DNA from: Daphnia carinata
Lineage: Eukaryota
DNA length: 64,000 nt
Direction: 5' to 3'
NCBI RefSeq assembly: GCF_022539665.2
Contig: NC_081331.1
Location: 8,494,001 to 8,558,000, forward strand
Under the pieces are notes generated by a model. It saw only the letters and a list, made by a program, of their open reading frames with translations. It was not told where the DNA came from and did no database searches. The first letter of the stretch is position 1, and every line of letters starts with the position of its first letter. Made by a program: the position numbers and the translations under genes. Below, one piece after another: positions 1 through 12,583 of the stretch.

Positions 1-322
1 TTGCATTCCCCAACGGAAAGGTTGACTAGACTACAGGTGGTAATGACGGCATTGGTGATTAAACGTTACAAAGTTGCCGTAGCGTATAGACTGAATTGAT
101 ATGACAAGTTGGGATAGGCAGTGGGTGGCAAAAGGAGTTACCGTTTCAGTGCTGGATCTTGCGAACCATTTTGGGGAGATGGGAGCTTGACCATAGCTTT
201 CATTACATGTAAGCAATGAGAGAATTGATAAATAAACAAACAAAAATTTTTATAGGGTCACTGATCTGTTCAATGGCGGCGTAGATAAACAAAAATAAAA
301 TAAACAACTGAACAAATAGCCT

Positions 323-3300
323 CTATTGCGATACAAATGGCAGCTTTGGTACCTTCGTACAAAGCTGCATTTGAGGTTTAAAAAAAAGAATCACTAGATT
401 TCAAGCAACATTAATTACCTTAGCAACGTAGCGTAGAAGGATCACTGAGGCCACGCCTAAGGCAAAGCTGGCTACGTAAGGAACAAAGCCAAAGCTGGGA
501 AGTTGTCTTTTCTTCAGTAGAAAAATCAAGCGACGGATTTTTTCATCTGTATAGGGAGGATAACGATCTCTGACAAAAAAAAAAAAAAAAAATTTAATCT
601 AAAATAAATAAATAAATATTTAAAAGAATAAGTCGATAATTAAACCTAAGCAATTGAGAAAAAAGTACACTATATACAGTCGTGCGTGAGACTATCTTAG
701 TTGTTGTTTTCACAGATTTCACGCTTTTGAACTATCTTCTCTTTTTTTAGTGAGGCCAATAAGGTAAGTTCATAAAAAAAAGCGTGGTGTGGTAAAAAAA
801 AAAAAAAAAGCTGTGAAAGACACTTTCATCCACAACTGTATATAAAAGATATATTATTAAACATACTTTCCAAGTGCCTCTCCCATCTTATCAAAACTCC
901 GAATAAGGCAAGATTTCTTGTGTGTGAAAGTATCAAAGCTGTATTTCCCATGGTAGGCTCCGATTCCACTGGCCCCAACGCCTCCAAATGGCAATTCTTC
1001 GACTAGAAAATTAACAAAAATAAAAACAAAAACAACTATCAGCTTACGTACAAGGATTGGCCGAAAATTTAGCTGTATGGGCAAACATGAAGGTAAAACG
1101 TGCACAGAATTCAAAGACATCCGAAGGCAACCTGAAAACTGCAACATGACATCGTTGACACAAATCGAACCACAGCTAGTGTTTCCCGTTAAAAGATCGA
1201 TTAATTTCTTGTTTTTAGAAAAGATGTACATGCTAAGCGGCTTCTCCCTAGACCAGTGTGAAAGAAGAATACAAATTATAGAAAAGTAAAATTATCAATA
1301 ATAAAATTAACAGAAAGTATAAAAATGCATGCAGGAGAAGAAGGCATAAGTTGAACAGAATGAACTTAGGGCATCTCGGTTAGAATTGTGGATATTTCGA
1401 TGAAGCAAACTACTTAGTAGCTAGGGAGTTAAAAAGAAGAATAGACTTAGTCATCCAATTCGACGAATGGAGGCAATAGGAATGGGTAGAAGATCGACTA
1501 CTGTTGTGCGAGGAACACAGAAAATCATAATGATCAATATCTCACCGGTAAATTGCATCATCGTGTCATTGACGCAAACACTACCACAAGATGTTTCCTC
1601 TAAAAAGGCTTGCTGAGTTTTCGCACTCCGCGAGAAGATATATATCGTCAAAGCTTTCTCTCTATGTAAGGACAAAGGAAATGTTGTTGGTAACATAATT
1701 TCTAAAACGTTGCTTTTCCGAAACAATGAAGCCACGTCAACTATAATATTTAACCTAGCAAGGTTATTGTAAAATACGAATCTTCGCATACCAAATAATG
1801 GAGGATGTTAAAATGGGACAAAAAGGTGCCAAAACTTTGTACCGTGCATTGATGAATTGAATCGCATCATAGGCACTTTCTACTTCTAATATGGGTAGAA
1901 TAGGCCCAAATATTTCTTCTTGCATTACGGGATCGGTTGGTTTTACGTCAATCAAAACAGTTGGTTCGATCCATAGGTCATCAGCGTCAACTTTGCCTCC
2001 GATTGCAATCTTACTGCCACCTAGCAATGCCTGCAGTCGCCTAAAATAATTTAAAAATCAATAAGATAAAGAGATAAAAACGAATACAAACAAAAACAAA
2101 CAAACAAACAAATTAATTTAAACAAAAACATAAAACCCCGTTAGGTACTACGCACACATTACTACAGACTATTACGACAGTTAGGAGAAATTGAACTTAC
2201 TGGAAATGGCGAACGTTGACAATTCGACAAAGGTCAGGTGAACTTTGCGGGTCCTCCCCATACCACTCGATCAAAATTTCTCGCATTTTATCAACCAACC
2301 GATCCTGTATTAAAAAAAAAAAAAGTTTAAGCAACGAAGATTGCAACCTACTTTATGAAATTGCTATACCCGTGTAGATTTGTTACACAGGACGTAATCA
2401 GGCGCTATACAAGTTTGCCCACAGTTCACCATTTTGCCCCAGATGATACGCCGTGCTGCGATGGTCATGTCAACGGATTCATCAACGTACACGGGACTAT
2501 ATTGATTTCAAGTACAGTCGAAATTTATAAACTATTTCGGCTTCAAAATGGTAAAATGTTATGCACCTCTTGCCGCCAAGTTCTAGGGTAACCGGTGTCA
2601 AGTGCTTGTTGGCTGCCTCACGGACAATTTTACCAATGTTGGTTGACCCCGTAAAGAAAATGTAATCAAACTTTTGTTTCAAAAGCTCTTGAACATCTGA
2701 AGGCCCTCCGGTTACGACTTGAAAACATTCCTACAAGAATATACGATAATTAGAAGAATTACTCATAAAAATAGTTCTTCGAGCTACTAACTGGATCCAA
2801 ATAGCGAGGAATCAATTCTTCCAACAATTTAGAGGAGGCAGGGGCAATTTCTGAAGGTTTAATAACAACACAGTTGCCGGCAGCGATGGCACCAGAAACT
2901 GGGATCAGAGAAAGCTGAACGGGGTAATTCCAAGAACCAATAACTAAAACTACTCCGTATGGATCTTGAAGAATTACGGGCGTGTCCATCATTGTAACAA
3001 GCGTTTTAGGTACCTGGAAGTAAAACAGAAAAATTAAAGAGCAGAGCATAAAAAGCAGTAAAGCAGTAATTCTTTACGGAATCAAACTAACCCTCTGGGG
3101 TTTCGACCATTCCTTGCAATTTTGAATCATGGTTCGAACATCTGACTTGAGAACTTCTACTTCCATTAGTTTCGCTTCAGGTTTCGGCTTGCGAAGATCT
3201 TTATACAGGGCGTTTAACAAATCCGCTTCATTCTCTTCGTACATGCGAAGAAGGTTCTCCAATTGTCGAACTCGAAAATTGACATCGCGGGTTTTCCCCG

Positions 3301-5087
3301 ATGCGAAGGCAGCTCGAGCTTTCTGCATCACCTACATCATGTAAAGACAGATGGTTGAAAAATTAAATATTCTTAACTGTGTTTAGGTGAAAAGGTGAAG
3401 ACTTCGTTCATCAAACGTGAAAGGATATTATGTTTCTTTTACAGCAAAATACTTTTCCAGGATTTTTCGTCAACAGAAATTTTGAGCATATCCTTATGTA
3501 ACTACATCTACATATGTCACTTTCAATTGAAAACGAAGGCACCGACCACAAAACACCATGCAGCAGCAAAAAAATTTGAGAAAAACCAAATACTAGCGTT
3601 TCAACGACAAATGAAAATGTGTTCGTAACAGTTTTCGGTAAAAATGGAATGAAAAAACAAAATTAGGATATTTCCAAAACTAGTTGCCGAACGAATGGAG
3701 AGTGCATGGCGTTAAAGCAAAGCAACAACTTGTCAGACCTATTTCTTTGGGCTTCAGTACGTTTTGTTTTGCTACAGGGGAATTCACGCAGTAGAACCGA
3801 ACCACACAATGCTTACCACTCCGTGATCCATGGTATTTTCAATAGCCATAATGGATCAGCTTTAAAAAAATTCGAAAAAAAAACACTTGCTTATGCCGAT
3901 TCGAAATCAATGCAACAATTATGGATAACTCGAGCCCTCAGTTTCCTACACAGTCCTACAACTAAGCTGGTGAAGATATCGACTGTGGACTTGTAGACCC
4001 GACACGGATACAGCGATTGCATGAGCAGGCACTTGATATACCTCCCTTCTATCTCGTCGTGCTGGCCAAGGACAAAGCCTTGAGGGCCTTTTTCAAAGTG
4101 GGACACAGTTTCAGCGAAACAAAAAATATAATAGAAATAAAATAGAATAGAACGAAAAGACCTCAGCTCCAAAAGAAACACAAATAGAGAAAGAAAAAAA
4201 ACGAGTTTGAAAATTGTATAGCTATCACATTTCGCTTAATTTGGGTAAGTTGTTAAAAACGTCGTTTAAAAAAAAGTGATATTCTTTGAAACATTTGGGA
4301 AGTCAATAATGATTAACTGCTTTGCACACATGTAACCCAGGCATCAAATGTAATCGTCAGATAGATAAATTTTATGACAGGCCATCAAACGAGGGTCGAG
4401 GGTTAAAACATTATGTCTACATGACAGTCCCTATCTTTCTACAATCAGTTACGGAGCTCAGCAATGAAAATACATTGCCTGCTTACACCAAAGGCGAAGC
4501 GTCGCAGCTACAGATTCATTTTCTTATTTTAAAGTTTCACAAAAATAATTGCTGTTTTGAGTTCACACAACTTAATCAATTAGGTTCTATGCTACCTGGA
4601 ATAATATTTCCTGGTTTCAATCGTTGCTTCAATTCTTTAGCACTGAGCTATCTATGCACATAACGAAGATACATAAATCAATAGATTTAGAATAAAATAG
4701 AACAAACCAAGGTATTCAACTACAAATTAAAATTTATGTAATGACCATTTCGGTTTCATGCTAGCCAGTTTTAACATACTTTGACCCCATTTAGTAGGGA
4801 CAATCTGACCGTGAAATGTTAAAGATCAACAGGTTGTTGAACCTTATGAACTGGTAGTCTATGAAGCTGCTGACTTCCAACTCATAACGGAATGTAGACA
4901 GCATTGTAAAACAACAGTATAAAAGGGTTAGCCTAAGGAGCAAAAACAGAAGGACTATTTCATGAAAATTAGGCTTCAAGTCTGACAAAATTTTTGTTTT
5001 TCATGTTCTATTTTCATGTTTTGATTGAAATTTTTTATATGTATAAATGATTCAGAAACTTACAGTATCAGCATCACAAGTTGCCAT
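323..5087 (-). CDS. ALDH3A2: Class-3 / fatty aldehyde dehydrogenase (ALDH3A2/Aldh-III-like), multi-exon. Inferred exons: 5087-5064, 3331-3092, 3013-2792, 2730-2567, 2496-2370, 2304-2201, 2040-1843, [1661-1546 or 1247-1132], 1002-867, 569-419, terminal exon uncertain (364-323 shown)
   Basis: GT-AG joins keep the frame and give the ALDH motifs [38 protein letters not shown] (catalytic Cys), EEIFGP and [15 protein letters not shown], plus a C-terminal hydrophobic anchor ([20 protein letters not shown]) typical of FALDH. Confidence 0.93.
1132..1247 (-). other. ALDH3 alternative exon 8b (116 nt), paralogous to 8a
   Basis: AG/GT-bounded, same length and phases as 8a, encodes [38 protein letters not shown]. 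Confidence 0.88.
1546..1661 (-). other. ALDH3 alternative exon 8a (116 nt)
   Basis: AG/GT-bounded, phase 2 in and phase 1 out, encodes [38 protein letters not shown]. Confidence 0.88.
3817..3849 (-). other. Candidate alternative first coding exon of ALDH3 ([11 protein letters not shown])
   Basis: ATG, 11 codons, then a GTAAGC donor in phase 0 that joins exon 3331 in frame. Confidence 0.5.
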
Positions 5088-5612
5088 GGTTACAGTGGGA
5101 ATGACGACTGTGTCACAATAGATCTTCCGTTTTGATAACAACAAGTACTTACTCCAAACAACCTAGATCGTCTCAAGTGCTGCCTGAACACTGAGCTTGG
5201 ATCAGCAGAATATTAATTGATCGAAACTGACGTTTCAGTCCAACTTTAGCAGACGAACGACGGCTTGAAACAACTAGGCCAAGCAGCCAGAGGCATGCAT
5301 GAACAACGTTGTTCGCAAATATTTGAAAATAACTCAAAGAAATATTTGTTTACGACTATATTTTGCAACTTAATTACTTGAAAAATTATTTGTGAACGAT
5401 TTCGAACCACCTGAAAACCAAAATCCACTAAGCGACTAAGATCGGATGCTGAGTTGCCATGTCAGCTTTTTTATACAGACAACTCCATCTCTTTCAGCTG
5501 CCGACAGGGCTCGGCTCCGCGACGATCGGGCACGATTTTGGCCGACCCGCGCGGTTTAAAAAAAAAAAAAAGGACAAACCGTTGCGGTTCAGGCTGGTCG
5601 CGAGGCAATATG

Positions 5613-6209
5613 GTCAAAAATAGTTTGTCTTATTCCTACCTGAGGCGCTGAAGTCACTACGTAAAAGCAGCCAGAAATGCGTCTGCTTTTACAGCTAACT
5701 ATTAGCTGTCACAGGAAAAAAACATTGTGAGTTCAGCGCCTCAGGTGGGAATAATACAAACTATTTTTGACGGGAAAAACTTAGTAACGTCTTCGCTTAA
5801 AAAAATTCCCTTTCCTAAAATAACTAATCCTAAGTGATATTACTAAAAGGGGATATAGTTTAATGAATACCCTATTGATTGATGTAATTACGAAGTCTGG
5901 GAAACATTTCCTTGTATGAAAAAAAAATTTCCAAAAAACGGGGTAGTGCCATTAGGTATCCCGTACTCTAAACGCGGTGTTCGGTTAATACATGACTAAC
6001 GTGCTAGTCAATAAATCTTATAGATAAAAAATTAAAAAAAATTGTGCTAGATAGCGGAATATTTACTTAAGAAAAGGACAATTTTTTATACTTTTGGCTT
6101 CATTTTTATTATCCCTTTTTTGCATTTGCGCTAGGCGCCTTCCGCCACAAGGCGCCATGTTAAATAGCCCCAAAAACCCTTAGTGTTCGGACACTTTTGG
6201 AGGGTACTG
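5613..6209. mobile_element. Truncated copy of palindromic Tc1/mariner-type MITE (same family as 16180-53446)
   Basis: Ends GGGTACTG-TA, matches the reverse complement of 16180-16700, and keeps the central inverted repeat at 5613-5657 / 5727-5771. Confidence 0.75.
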
Positions 6210-7044
6210 TATGTACAATAGTTATGGTAATTGAAATAAACGAATAAAAAGAGAAACAATTTTTTAATTATTTGTCAGCAAAATTAATTACGATATTCAC
6301 TGATTTAATATATAAATAATATAAATATAATATAAATCGATAGCCCTTGGTAAGGGCTATCCATTTTTAGGTAATTGTAATCAACATTTTCAAATAGAAA
6401 AAAATCTTAAAAGCAAAATGTGTTTTTGTTGTTTTTCCATCTAAGGTTGTAATGGACGCAACTGATAAAAACAAAAAAATAGATATTACGCTTACACTTT
6501 TTCCTTTTCTGAAAATTTAGCATAAATTTCATAGCAGTAGATAGCTGTTGAAAAGAGCTACCGATTGGTGCAAAATTTGTCAATTTTGACTATTTATTTT
6601 CCTCGTAAATAATTATTAAAGGCTTTTATGATTTTAGAAAGGGGAGGGGGTGTGTGAAAAAGACGAAACTTTACATTGATCGTTTGATGCTTAATCTTCG
6701 TCAAAATATGAAGTCATTATAATATTTTTGTTGCTGGTGATTTCAGGAACAAGTTGTTATAAACGATTGCTTTTAAGATGCTACATTTAACCCCAAAAAT
6801 TACGTTTGAAAAAGTGGTTTTTGACAAGCCATTATGGCGGCCATTTTCTTACCGCGCCAAGTTCAAATTGTAGGTAGGTGTAAAAAATTGTAATTATAAA
6901 TAAATATTTAAATTTTGTTTGTGGCTAGGGAATTTTAATATCCGTTTTAGATAGAAAAATGGCAGAAATTAACTAAGATAAGTTAAACAAATTTATTTCG
7001 TCGGTTCTCATTTAATTTATAATTTTAAGGGTCTTTTTCCACAT

Positions 7045-7122
7045 TCCGCGTGGAAAATTACGTTTTATCGCTCCTTCCGCGTGGAGAACTACGTTTTATC
7101 GCGCCCTCCGCGTGGAAAAATT
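7045..7122. repeat. Short tandem repeat, about 3 x 30 bp (TCCGCGTGGA.AA.TACGTTTTATCGC)
   Basis: Directly visible tandem units. Confidence 0.6.
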
Positions 7123-7503
7123 ACAAGCAGACAGCATACCAAAAAACAATTGACTAACGCCCTGCGCTTTTAACCCATAAGAAAAAGTGCATCTGCAACT
7201 ATGTATTACTTAGTACATATGTAGTGAGACCATGTTGTTGCGGTTCGGTTTGCCGTTTTTTCAAACCGATTGAACCGCGGTTTGACGGTTTGTACCCGTG
7301 GTGTAAACCGCAGTTTACACCGCGGTTTTGCACGGTTTTCACCGCGGTTTTACGGTTGCACCACGGATTTGCGTTTTGCATAGGACAATACATTAGTAAC
7401 CGACTTTGTAGCTAGATGGCGGAAAGATCGACCAATTTTCGATCGCGATGCCTACAAGTCTGATTGGAAATTTTATTTATAGCAAGTTGCTGACCGCCAT
7501 TAC

Positions 7504-8918
7504 CATAGATAAAGACCTCTGGTTCGCTATCTCCATAAGACAAAATAACATGGGCTGCTGACGCAAAAATTTTGGGTACCCTTCCTACGATTTTTTGGAT
7601 CCTTACACTGCTTGCAGTGCCATCAAGTGGAGGTTTTTATCACTACTGATGGGTAAATAGCTTTCCAACAACCGCCATTGTTCGTGGCAGTTTGTGGCGT
7701 CCTGAAGCTAGATTTGGCTTGAAAATGTCGTTCCCTAAAGAAAATAAGAATAGGATAGGTTTGTACAGTTTGATCCGTGGAGTGATCGTTACAATGTTGA
7801 GAGACCAAAGTAAATGATAATTGAATTTAAAGGTTACGATATCAAGGGCAGCTTTGGTAAATGGAAAAACGGAAAACAAGAACTTGAAAGTGCCGTGTAA
7901 CCACAATTTGAAGAAAATTGAGCCAAAAAGTCAAGAGCCTGATGAAAAGCGAGGGCCAATTGACATCGTTTCTCTTAAAAAATAATTCTTCTGAAGGTCT
8001 TTTCATTTCTACCTTGCTAACCAATATTCAAACTCGGGATGTTTCTATAGTTCAAGATCTCGATAGTACAAAATTGTGAAACTTTCACAAACCACCAAGG
8101 CAGCATCTGTGTCAGCAACCTCTGATCATACAGTTTGTCAAAACAAGATAAAATTAAATCACAAAGAAAAAGGAGGGGACAACTGCATCGAAGAACAGAA
8201 AAAGAGAAAAGCCAAGATTAAGACAAATGAAAAGAAAGAACCTAAACTAATGATGAAAGGCCAATTTATCGTATTAATGAGCGATACTGACTCTTGGATG
8301 AGTTAACTCGTGTTCTGTTATGTGCAAAACATGTGATAGTCTGATAGTTTTGTATAAAAATACACTGGCATGCTTTCCATGATCGTGGAAAATTTGAAGT
8401 AAAAAATCTTGATTTATTTAAAAAGGTTTAGTGACTTAATCATAAACATTAACCACAGACACATAACATTAATCAACTTAACATTAATCACAGACTCATA
8501 AGGTCTTTTATGGTGGAAAATTATTAAAATTGATTTTTCGTTATTAGTAACTTTGTTAGCGACAAGTGCAAAGCTTCCTTAAATTTCAGTGTAGTATGTG
8601 ATGTTTAATTTGGTACTAATAGCTCCTTGAAAATGTGCATAAGGGGAAGACAAGACATAAGATTATAATATTATTCCTATAAACATTTATCAAATGTTAA
8701 TAATAATGAACTAGCCTACATGTAAACATATATTCGTTTTGAACATCCGCCAAAAGTCCCTCAAACCTAAACCCTATTTCTATTGGCGTTCATGTCATTT
8801 AGTTCTTCCCTATGTCCGCGAGAGGCACTGTAACCAGAGTAAGCATTCGGCTTTTTCTGCGTCAGTAGGGATAGGGCTAAAAGCATAGCAGAGAGCGAAC
8901 CAGAGGTCTTTATCTATG
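7504..8918. mobile_element. Non-autonomous DNA transposon (P- or hAT-like) nested in the hAT element
   Basis: 25-bp perfect TIR CATAGATAAAGACCTCTGGTTCGCT, 8-bp TSD GCCATTAC (7496-7503, 8919-8926). Confidence 0.88.
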
Positions 8919-9860
8919 GCCATTACGCTCACAACAATTAGTGATAATTACTTGATTTGGAATTTCAGCAAAATAAAAAAAAAAATTGTAATGGCGGTTC
9001 AAACCGATTTTGCCCAGTTGCAAACCGAAAACCAAACCGCAGTCAAAAATGGCTAAACCGAGCCGACGGTTTGACGATCTTTAAATGAAAAACCGCGGAT
9101 CGGGGCCGAGCCCTAGCTGCCGATCTGCCTTGACCCTGCCAGGCAAAGTACGACGTAAAGGCCTGTCAGGGTTCAGGTTCTTTTCCAGAATTACATGGGA
9201 GAAATAGCAGGCAAAATATAATAATCTTAGCCTAGAAATTTTCGTCTTAAATCAGTACAAACCATCATAAGGGGAAGTTCGAATAATGTTTCATTGATGT
9301 TTCGTTAATTCCATACGATACGTTGCATGGAAAAGTTTTGATTTTTATTACACATTGTTCGATAGAAGTTTTACGCAAATTACAATTGTGAATTTGTCCT
9401 TCTTCTATATCATGTATTTTTCTATTGAAATACAGCAAGCTACAAATACGGGAACCGAGTACAAGTAAATTTTTTCACCAGTAAAAAAAGTAACTAGCAC
9501 AAATCGAAATAACTATGCTCGTTGGTAAGTAGGGTGATAAGCATAAAAACTCACAAGTATATTTACTCTTAAGTATTAGTATTTTCATGTAAATCTGTAT
9601 TCTACATTATTTATAATTTGGGAAACAAGTAACAGGTTCCTTAAGTATTCAGCAATACACGCTTGTATATGTATAAAATATATATATAACTATATTTTTG
9701 TATATATTATATAAAAATATTTCAGTTGTAATAAATATCACAGAAGATGGTACATTTGTAAAATTAACACAAGCAAAACGTTTCACATGTAATTAATATT
9801 ATAAATAAAATTAACTAACAAGTATCGTCACACCATGGTATCATAATTCATGAGTAAAAT

Positions 9861-10610
9861 CAGAGTCATAGAAACCTGGTTGCTCTACGCTGTGTGTAAA
9901 TGCTACAAGGGTATGCTGGGACTCGTGGTTGAATTTTGGCAGTTTAAAAGCGAACCTAGCGGATTTGGTGGAGTACTACATGGCCCCCAACCAATAAGCT
10001 GTGTCCTGCCAAAATTTCGCCAGCCAATCATAGCAGACGCGCAAAAACGAGGGGAAGTTGAAAAGGAATCAGCGGCTGTAGAACATCCCTCCAGCGGTTT
10101 GTACTTGGAGTAGTCGGATGGCCAAGTCAAGCGTGTCTTTCAAGCATGACGTATTATAAAAACGGCCCGTCAGCGCGCAATACCTCCTGATCCAAAAACT
10201 AAATTGCCTGACAGGCCTAATATCCCAAACCGTGCTCCACTTTACATTGTTTGGTAATTAATATAGAATTTAAATATGTGGAAAAAACAGTGGAAAGTGG
10301 AACCTAGCGCCGCGCGTAGCCAGCTTACGTTATGAAAGGGTAAAAAACAAAAAGACTGATGCTGGAATCGAACTCGGGTCTCCCGCATTGCATTCAGGAG
10401 TGCTATCCGCTGGACCGTTCTGCTGTTGTAAAATACGACTTCTTATCATTTTCAAATAGGAAATGAGGATATCTGTAAATCTACTCAACAGATGGCTCTT
10501 TAACGCTGCCAGCTCCGCCCACAAAATCGATGAAATTTCAACCACGAGTCCCAGCATACCGGTATAGCATTTACCATACAGCGTAGAGCAACCAGGTTTC
10601 TATGACTCTG
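9861..10610 (-). mobile_element. P-superfamily MITE related to the THAP transposon at 22096-25412
   Basis: TIR CAGAGTCATAGAAACCTGGTT shared with that element, 7-bp TSD GTAAAAT (9854-9860, 10611-10617), subterminal sequences match it in inverted orientation. Confidence 0.9.
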
Positions 10611-12583
10611 GTAAAATCTGGCAAAGTTTTGTAAATGTTTGCTACAATATTATAGCATTGTAGTAACTGCTAAGTAGTATAACATTGATCAACATTGCCG
10701 TAGTTCAAAAGTGTACCAATATAGTTGTTGTCATCTATTGCTTCGTAAAAATGTTTGGCAAAAAACAGAACATTGTTTCCCATTTTGAACAAGGCCAGTT
10801 TGTGTATCTTGTTTTATTGTTAGCTCAATTTATTTAGGTCCACTGAAAGCACATGAATAGCAGATGTCGCAGCAGCACCTGGGAAGGAAGGGACATATCT
10901 GGTGAGGTGAGTGTGGATGAGAAAGGTATTGTCATTCTGATGACTAACAAAAAGGTGAGCTTAGCTGTTGGACGCAATTTGGTTAAAGGACAAGCAGACA
11001 TTCCCAGTTCGGCTTCCAATCTTACCTATAATATGGTTCTTAACTTGCTACATGTTGAGGAAGCCAGACTACATGCTGACATGTTCCTTTCCCAGTTTCG
11101 GCAGTATGCTGCCATGCCACACTTAGGGAAAAGCAAGTAGTTTTTGTTCATATTTGTAGCATATTAATGATGCAGGAATTTTTTTCTTCATATAGATGTC
11201 AGACAGAAAGTAAAGGAATTCTCAGTTCTGCAAGAAAAGAATGTTTCCTTTTGTTACATTAATCAACATCAACTTGCTAACCTCAATGATGGTCTCCAAA
11301 AGTACATAGTTTAACCTCCAAATATAGTTCTGTTTTTGCAAGCTGGACTCTTGTCCACGTAAGTCATATCATACAATATGTTTCCATAATATGATTTCAA
11401 CATTCCTACATACTTCTTGTTAGATATAAAATAAAGGAAACGATTTTGGCTCGCCGTCATCATCGTCAACTACAACATTTAGTGTGAAAGAGCGACGAAA
11501 GCACAACGCTCCCACAACTCTCCAACCTCTCTTGAAGACATTAATGCACCATTTACAGTCCTTCAACGGAACACGCCACGGAGCTCCGCGCTCCTCGACG
11601 CCCGCGTCGCTACTCACTTTTTCCATATTCTTTGCTTTGTTGTTATGAATCTGATTCTTAAAGACTGTCTAGGTTTAGACACTTTAACTCAGATTTATTG
11701 TACCGAGCCCCGTGCTCGAGGGCCTCTGAGTCCTTCAACGGAACACGCCACACTGAGCCCCGTGCTATTTTGATGTTCGTTTATAGGTGTATCTTTGTTC
11801 TCTTCGCAATTTTCCGTTTCAAGTAAAAATTCCTGTGTCTTCTGAGAACGAAGACCAAGGCGACAATGGTAAGGTTCACTGCAAATGTTTCTGTTTTAAG
11901 CGTCCTGAACCCTACACAAGGAGCTGTCCGAAAATTACTGTTTCAACACCTTGCACGGAAAAAAAATATCTCCATTTATTAATTTAAACAAAAATGACAT
12001 CTACAACTGACCTTTCTGTTGCTGAACTGTGTAGTGTGAAAGAGACTCTCTTGACGTTTTTTTTATTACCCTTTTTTAGCACAACGTGTCAAGACATTAA
12101 TGCACCGTAATTTACACAGTCGGCGTTCTGCTACATATCTCCAAAGCCAGTACTAAAAGTAAAGCAGTGTCAGTATTGAAGCATTATGGACCCAAAGAAG
12201 ACAGAGAGATGCACTTAGTCCTCTGTTTCCTTAACCTTGTCCCTAAGATTAGCTCAGTCCATCTCAACATTAACGAAAACCTTCGTCTGTCGACAACCGT
12301 ATGGAAGTGTATAAGAGGACACAGATATCAGCGTTAATATATGTTTGTGCAAATTTTTCCAGTAACCTACACTAACGGTGTTGAAATATAGGAAGTTCAC
12401 AGACGCTTCCCAAACGACGTTCCACTACTGGATCCGGTTGAAGACATGCATATCAAAGACAAGGATTTCATAGAAAGGATGCCAGGATCGCGAGCTTTCG
12501 AAGAGTGTCTGACAGCCCACCAAATCCATCGTGATACTAAAGTTGAGTCCCTTTGACAGCTTTACCACAATAAACAATGGGCA

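Larger units (their letters stand above)
5505..9115. mobile_element. Non-autonomous hAT-like element with nested insertions
   Basis: TIRs CAGGGCTCGGCTCCG / TAGGGCTCGGCCCCG (rc), perfect 8-bp TSD GCTGCCGA (5497-5504, 9116-9123), subterminal AAACCG/CGGTTT repeats. Confidence 0.85.

Noticed and set aside
3891..4181. 96-aa minus-strand ORF in ALDH3 intron 1 as an extra coding exon
   Set aside because: No recognisable homology, it ends in a stop, and there is no convincing in-frame donor.
10355..10426. Functional tRNA gene
   Set aside because: The acceptor, anticodon and T stems do not pair properly, so it is kept only as a tRNA-like relic.
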